A stretch of DNA of 40,677 bases from Macrostomum lignano (lineage: Eukaryota): the NCBI GenBank assembly GCA_002269645.1, contig NIVC01004608.1, forward strand, positions 1 through 40,677, read 5' to 3'. The notes beneath the pieces were generated by a model, which had not been told where the DNA came from, did no database searches, and worked only from the letters and a program-made list of their open reading frames with translations. The translations under genes and the position numbers were made by a program. Position 1 is the stretch's first letter, and each line of letters starts with the position of its first letter. Positions 35,051 to 40,677 of this stretch are shown piece by piece.

Positions 35051-36714
35051 CACTAAATACGCGACTCTCGAAGTTTTTTAATACGCACCGCGTATAGTAA
35101 AACAGCCCTGGAGGGGAGAACAATAGCTCACAACTGTTGTTGGGGAGAAGGAAGGGGAGAAAGAAGCCGGCCGGGTGTAGGTGCAGGGGGTGGGCTGTTT
35201 TTTTGCATCCGGGTCGATTATACAACGTGGAAATTCTCCTCAGCTGAGCGCAGTTAAAAAGATCGCGGCGCTGCATGCATAACAGAGTCGGGGAGAAATG
35301 CATTGCGGCAGGGCTGATACTTCAGCCGCGGGGTATGGTTTCAGGCGCGGAGATCACAGCTCGCAAGTTGAGAGAGGGGAGTAGGAGCGGTTCGGGGAAC
35401 GGACAGTTGTTTCTAACTTTAATTTTTCAAACTAGCTAGCCATTGCATAGCTGAGAGAGAGGGAGAGTTTCCAATGCTGCGTCACGGTTTTTACTCACTA
35501 AATCCATTGCGCATAGCTGCGTATGGGGGGCAGGACAGGTTGGTGCTCCAGAAGCTCCGGTCCTGCAATAGCTCTGTGTGCAAGCATGCGGAACCGGCCA
35601 AGGACTTCATGAAGCTAGCATTCGGATTAGAGTTTCGACAAATGTGCCCACTCGGAATTGGTTTCATTATGACAGCACGGATATTAAGCATCGGTTAAAA
35701 TAACCTGAGGTATCGTGGCTCGCTTTCACAAGCTCCGGCCTCCGATCCAAATTTCACATATTCGAGTTTAAGTTATGACCTAGCCGAATTCTATTTGCGG
35801 CCCAGGCTCGAACCAAGGACCAAGTAGTATAACAGGACGTAGCTCGTAAAAACTGAAAGATGGTATATATTATAGATGGTATAATTTTTGGAGGTCAATT
35901 TCCTAGAAAAATACAGAGGAGATAGGAAACATCATTGGAAATAAAAATTTCACTACAGAGCTATATAACAACACAGCTACAACAGAGTAAAATGTTGTGC
36001 ATGCGAAATTAAAAGAATGGTAATCTTTGCTGCCTCAGATGAAATCGAATCATTAATTTTGTGATGAGACAACGATTATTTTTATTTCCGCGGTGTATTT
36101 TTTACAGAGAAATTGGCCTAAAAATCACATTATCATTGAGTTTACCGTCCTGTTATACTACAGTAACAGTGGTCCTTGGCTCGAACCCGTCGGTATGTAA
36201 CTGCCTGCGTTGCGTTGTTGTTGTTGTTGTTGTCGAGCTATGAAGTTTCATGCGATTTGGCTTCCATACCAAATGGCAAAAATGCAAAATTCTAAAGATC
36301 CTTGGATCAAAATCCTGTTCCAGAGTAGGGCGGTGGGGGTAGTGTAAACAGCATGTCAGTACGCAACGTAACGCCAACTGGCGCATGCAAACGCTCTGTC
36401 ACGATCGTTGCGCCGCTTTACAGAGGACGGCAGAGCCCCCCCCCCACTCAGCGGTTTCCCCAGCTGAGTCACTCTCTGAGAACCCCACCCCTGCATTGCC
36501 GGCTCAAGTTTCCACTTCAAGAACTGTGGGGGTTTTGAATTTCAATAGCTGTGAAAGAAAGAATACTTAAAGTTCTGTTCGCAATTTTGTTACGCTCAAT
36601 GGCCTCAACGCTTAAAAGCAGAAATGCAGAAGATATTACATTTCTGCTGAAGTGTAACAGAGTGCAGTCGTGCGTGTGAGTAGTCCGACCATGGATATAA
36701 GAATGGCTGAAAAA

Positions 36715-37435
36715 TTCACCGAATGATCCTTGAGGATTGAAACTGCAATCTCACTGAATGATTCCTTGAGGATTGAAACCGCAATCTCACTGAATGATCC
36801 CTGAGGATTGAGACCGCAATCTCACCGAATGATCCCTGAGGATTGAGACCAAAACTCACTGAATGATCCCCGAGGATTGAGACCGCAAGCTCACTTATGA
36901 TCCCTGAGGATTGAGACCGCAAACTCACTGAATGATCCCTGAGGATTGAGACCGCAAACTCACTGACACTGAATGATCTCTGAGGATTGAGACCGCAAAC
37001 TCACTGACACTGAATGATCCCTGAGGATTGAGACCAAAACTCACTGAATGATCCCTGAGGATTGAGACCAAAACTCACTGAATGATCCCTGAGGATTGAG
37101 ACCAAAACTCACTGAATGATCCCTGAGGATTGAGACCGCAATCTCACCGAATGATCCCTGAGGATTGAGACCAAAACTCACTGAATGATCCCGAGGATTG
37201 AGACCGCAAGCTCACTTATGATCCCTGAGGATTGAGACCGCAAACTCACTGAATGATCCCTGAGGATTGAGACCGCAAACTCACTGACACTGAATGATCT
37301 CTGAGGATTGAGACCGCAAACTCACTGACACTGAATGATCTCTGAGGATTGAGACCGCAACCTCACTGAATGATTCCTGAGGATTGAGGATGCAAAATCA
37401 CTGAACGATCCCTGAGGATTGAGACCGCAAACTGC
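36715..37435. repeat. About 35-bp minisatellite (CTCACTGAATGATCCCTGAGGATTGAGACCGCAAA), about 20 copies with 34- and 40-bp variants
   Basis: Direct reading; a block of about 6 variant units near 36810-37030 is repeated near 37135-37345. Confidence 0.95.
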
Positions 37436-37585
37436 AAATTTTAAGACCTAAAATTTGTGCGAATCCAAAAGAAAAAAGCCCAGAAAAGACATTAAATAAA
37501 AGATGATTTTAATTTTAGAAAATGCAAGCAACACTGATAGTTTTAAAAAGTGCCGCGCCAATGGGCCAACAAGAAATGAGTTGCA

Positions 37586-37591
37586 TTTATT
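37586..37591 (-). terminator. Candidate polyadenylation signal for MRPL22
   Basis: AATAAA on the minus strand about 60 nt after the stop. Confidence 0.55.
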
Positions 37592-37648
37592 TACTTGTAT
37601 TTACTTAAACATATTTGCTCAAACAAGCCAGGCACAGTCGCTAAATGT

Positions 37649-39957
37649 TTACATCTGCCGATAGATTCGCAAAGCTCGCAGCCGGTCGATTTCGCTCTGC
37701 ATAATCTCGGCATTGGGCAGCCAGCCATTTATCTGGCTGGGCAGCGTATGCGGATGATAGTACTTCGGCGGCTTGCCCTCGCGAATTCGAACCTGCAGCT
37801 TGCTGTAGGGCCGCTTGTAGTGCAGCATATTCCAACGGGCGTTCTTGCGCAACACAGTGTAGCTGCCGTCCCGACTAACCCGGGCCGATTCGATCCACAT
37901 TTCCGATTCGAATTCTACAGACTCTTCGTAGGTCATCTGGCGAACCCCGGCCTCGATGGCCTGCGTCAGGCACAGCGGCGCCAGATGGCCGAATTTGCGC
38001 CAGATTCGCTTGCCGTCGGGCCGCTCGGACAGCAGGCGGAGCTTGTTCAGCGCCGGCTGCACAGACATGCCCTACAAGGAGTTCCGGCAATGAGAGTCTG
38101 CAGTTCTAGGATAAGCGCTGGGTATAAAAAACTATGCTGCTTCTAGGAAATTGATGTTTCCGGCTACCGGACATTTCCCCTCCGGTGCTTCCCCTCCGGC
38201 GTTTTCCCTCCGGTGCTTCCCCTCCGGTGCTTCTCCGGTGCTTCCCCTCCGGCGTTTTCCCTCCGGTGCTTCCCCTCCGGCGTTTTCCCTCCGGTGCTTC
38301 CCCTCCGGTGCTTCCCCTCCGGCGTTTTCCCTCCGGTGCTTCCCCTCCGGTGCTTCCCCTCCGGTGCTTCCCCTCCGGCGTTTTCCCTCCGGTGCTTCCC
38401 CTCCGGTGCTTCCCCTCCGGCGTTTTCCCTCCGGCGTTTTCCCTCCGGTGCTTCCCCTCCGGTGCTTCCCCTCCGGCGTTTTCCCTCCGGTGCTTCCCCT
38501 CCGGCGATTCGCCTTGAGGACCTTCGTCACTTCTCCTCCGGCGCTTCCGGTTTGATCAACGGCCTGCAGGCTGGTGCAGCGCCGACCGCCCGGCGCAAGA
38601 TGCGGAAGGCACACCTGGCTGGAGTTGGCAGTGGAGGACTCGGATCATCCACTGCTCACCTACCTGTGCGGTTTTGCCTATTCTTACGGCGCCTAAACCA
38701 ACTGTGGAACCAAAACAACTGAACGAACTTTTCTTCGCAATTTGTTCGATTATGCTTTGTTACGTCGTAAGTTATGATAAATTTGTCATGATTTTTACAG
38801 TTTGTCACAGCAGCCACTCACAGCCATACAGCCACTTCCACTTTCATGTCAATTTTCATTTCGAGGGGAAACGCCGGAGGGGAAGCGCTGGAAAGGGTCT
38901 GTCCTCACTCCTCAAGGGGAATCGCCGGAGGGGAAACGTCCGTAAGTCGTTGTTTCCAGGAAATGGAAGCTTTTCTAAGAATTCAATGTTGTTTCTAGGA
39001 ATTCAATGTCTTTTTTCTAGGAAATCGATGATTGCTTATAAAAATTTAATGCTTTTTTGTAGAAGTTTCTGGCGTTTCTAGGAAATAGATGCATATAAGT
39101 TCGTATCTAGGAATTCAACCAGAGAGTGAATTCAATAGCATTTCTAGTCTAGTGTTTCTAATTTGCTTCAAGAATTCGAAGTGATTTTGGAGGAGACGGT
39201 GTGATTTCTGACATCACTATGTCAGGAACGTTATTGGCCCAGGGAGTGTACATGCCTAATCGATTAGAAAGTCCAATGGCTGCTGTACACCCCCTGTGAG
39301 AGCGCTTGTATGTGCTAAGGAGTTGCGGAAAAGGGGCAGAATTGCCTCAACCACCACTGGTTATGGGGCGCTTAATTAAGTTTTTTAAATGCACTTTATA
39401 AGAAATCGATTCGGATTATTGCAAAGATTGCAAGAAGAATCCAAGCAAACTCACCTGGACAGCAATGCAAAACAGAAGCAGCGCTTTGCGATCGATGGCA
39501 ATCTTGCCAACCTCTACGCAGGTCTCGGCAGGCCGACGCTCCTCGTCGCTGTCCTCGCCGATTTGTGGCGGATAAACGACGGTGTTGAAGCGCAGGAAAT
39601 CGCTGGCCACTGTGCGGGGCAGCTCGTACTCGCGCACCCGCGGCAGCCGGACATGGTAAGACGCCTCGTAGTCGCCTGTCGGTCCAGCCGAGCCGCCCAA
39701 CTTTTTTGCGACGCCGTCGCGCGAGTGATGTAGCAGTTCGCCAGTGAGAATTCGCTGCTGCATCCGCCCGGTGGGCATGTCGCCGTTGACTTCGCCGGAC
39801 AGGCTCAGATCGTAGCCGTCAACGTCGATGTCGTCGACTGTTTGCTTGTCGGCCGGGGCCTGCGTCTCGAAACGATGGGAGCGGAAGGCTGTGCAAAGGC
39901 TGCGGCGGCCAGCGGCGGTGGAAAACGACAGACGGAGAGCAGCGAACAGAGCAGCAT
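37649..39957 (-). CDS. MRPL22: Mitochondrial ribosomal protein uL22m; exons 39957-39455 and 38071-37649; about 308 aa after restoring 1 nt at the start
   Basis: FNTVVYPPQ...EERRPAET (human NKIVYPPQLPGEPRRPAEI). The splice CAG|GTGAGT...TAG|GGC gives FCIAVQ|GMSVQPAL (human LIR GMSIDQAL). VEFESEMWIESA (VEFRSNLYIAES); LQVRIREGKPP. Exon 1 is 503 nt from ATG 39957, 1 nt short of frame. Confidence 0.85.
38165..38512. repeat. About 14-bp C-rich minisatellite (TTCCCCTCCGGTGC / TTTTCCCTCCGGCG) in the MRPL22 intron
   Basis: About 24 copies; inverted copies at 38863-38942. Confidence 0.92.
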
Positions 39958-40007
39958 GGCGGACGCGGCTGTAGTGGCGAGTTGGGGCCGACTGATCTAC
40001 GGATGGC

Positions 40008-40305
40008 TAGGAGCGGCTTAAGGGCGATTCTAAGAACGGCTCAGGGGCGATTCTAAGAACGGCTCAGGGGCGATTCTAGGAACGGCTTAGGGGCGATCCT
40101 AGGAACGGCTTAGGGGCGATTCTAGGAAAGGCTTAGGGGCGATTCTAGGAACGGCTTAGGGGCGATTCTAAGAACGGCTTAGGGGCGATTCTAAGAACGG
40201 CTTAGGGGCGATTCTAGGAAAGGCTTAGGGGCGATTCTAAGAGCGGCTTAAGGGTGATTCTAAGAGCGGCTTAGAGGAAGAGCAGCTTTGGGGCAATTCT
40301 AAGAA
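40008..40305. repeat. 23-bp minisatellite (GGCTTAGGGGCGATTCTA[A/G]GAAC), about 12 copies, just upstream of the MRPL22 start
   Basis: Period 23 (40081 to 40104); most units carry TTAGGG and TTCTARGAA. Confidence 0.93.
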
Positions 40306-40677
40306 TTTTTGGTCCATACTAGGAACCATTATAAATTAAAATTAGATTAAAAATATAAATGTATAAATTATAACAAATATTTGTGAAAACAGTAACCCCC
40401 TATATAAAGCACAAAAATGCAATAATGTCAATAATAGTTACATTGTTACTATTACAAAACAAAAGTAATTTATTAAAACTGTCTCAAAAGAGCAAAATTA
40501 CAACACATCACAGGAAGCAACAAAACAGGCAAATCATTGATGACGAATAGAGTAATGCAGCTCAAGGGTATAATCTGCGCTGCAGATAGTAAAACAGAGA
40601 AAAATCATCGGCTCCTAATTTTTGTTGCTATCGACTTTGTAGCACCGACAATTAAAATATGGAATATGATTCAAACA

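Noticed and set aside
38132-38722. Four overlapping repeat ORFs (RRFPSGASPP / EGKHRRG)
   Set aside because: Translations of the 14-bp intronic array; MRPL22 splices across them

Overview
Eukaryotic (animal) genomic DNA, not prokaryotic. GC-rich exons with poly-Ala/Gly/Asn tracts sit in AT-rich intergenic DNA with about 13 minisatellite arrays. This style plus TTAGGG-type repeats resembles a free-living flatworm such as Macrostomum (inference only). By manual translation and splice-site reading I reconstruct seven genes. On the minus strand: a 12-aa-repeat/RRM-like protein broken by small deletions, PRELID3/slowmo, KAT5/Tip60 (2 exons, GC-AG intron), ELL (4 exons), a calumenin/reticulocalbin (5 exons, ends HDEL) and MRPL22 (2 exons, apparently 1 bp missing at the start codon). 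On the plus strand: SEC62 (3 exons). The central 17.5-29.5 kb is gene-free. It holds an internally deleted hAT transposon with a perfect 8-bp TSD and a nested long-TIR MITE, a decayed hAT-like MITE carrying a short 28S rRNA-like segment whose central R2/I-PpoI target core is replaced, a degenerate tRNA-like sequence and a near-perfect 42-bp hairpin. The most unusual patterns are the rDNA target-site mimic, introns made almost entirely of related 28/29/30-bp minisatellites, a possible all-repeat 3'UTR intron in KAT5, and a co-oriented four-gene run with splice acceptors just upstream of start codons (possible trans-spliced operon). No database searches were run; homology calls come from recalled family motifs. 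I see no firm evidence of a wholly new system, only testable candidates.
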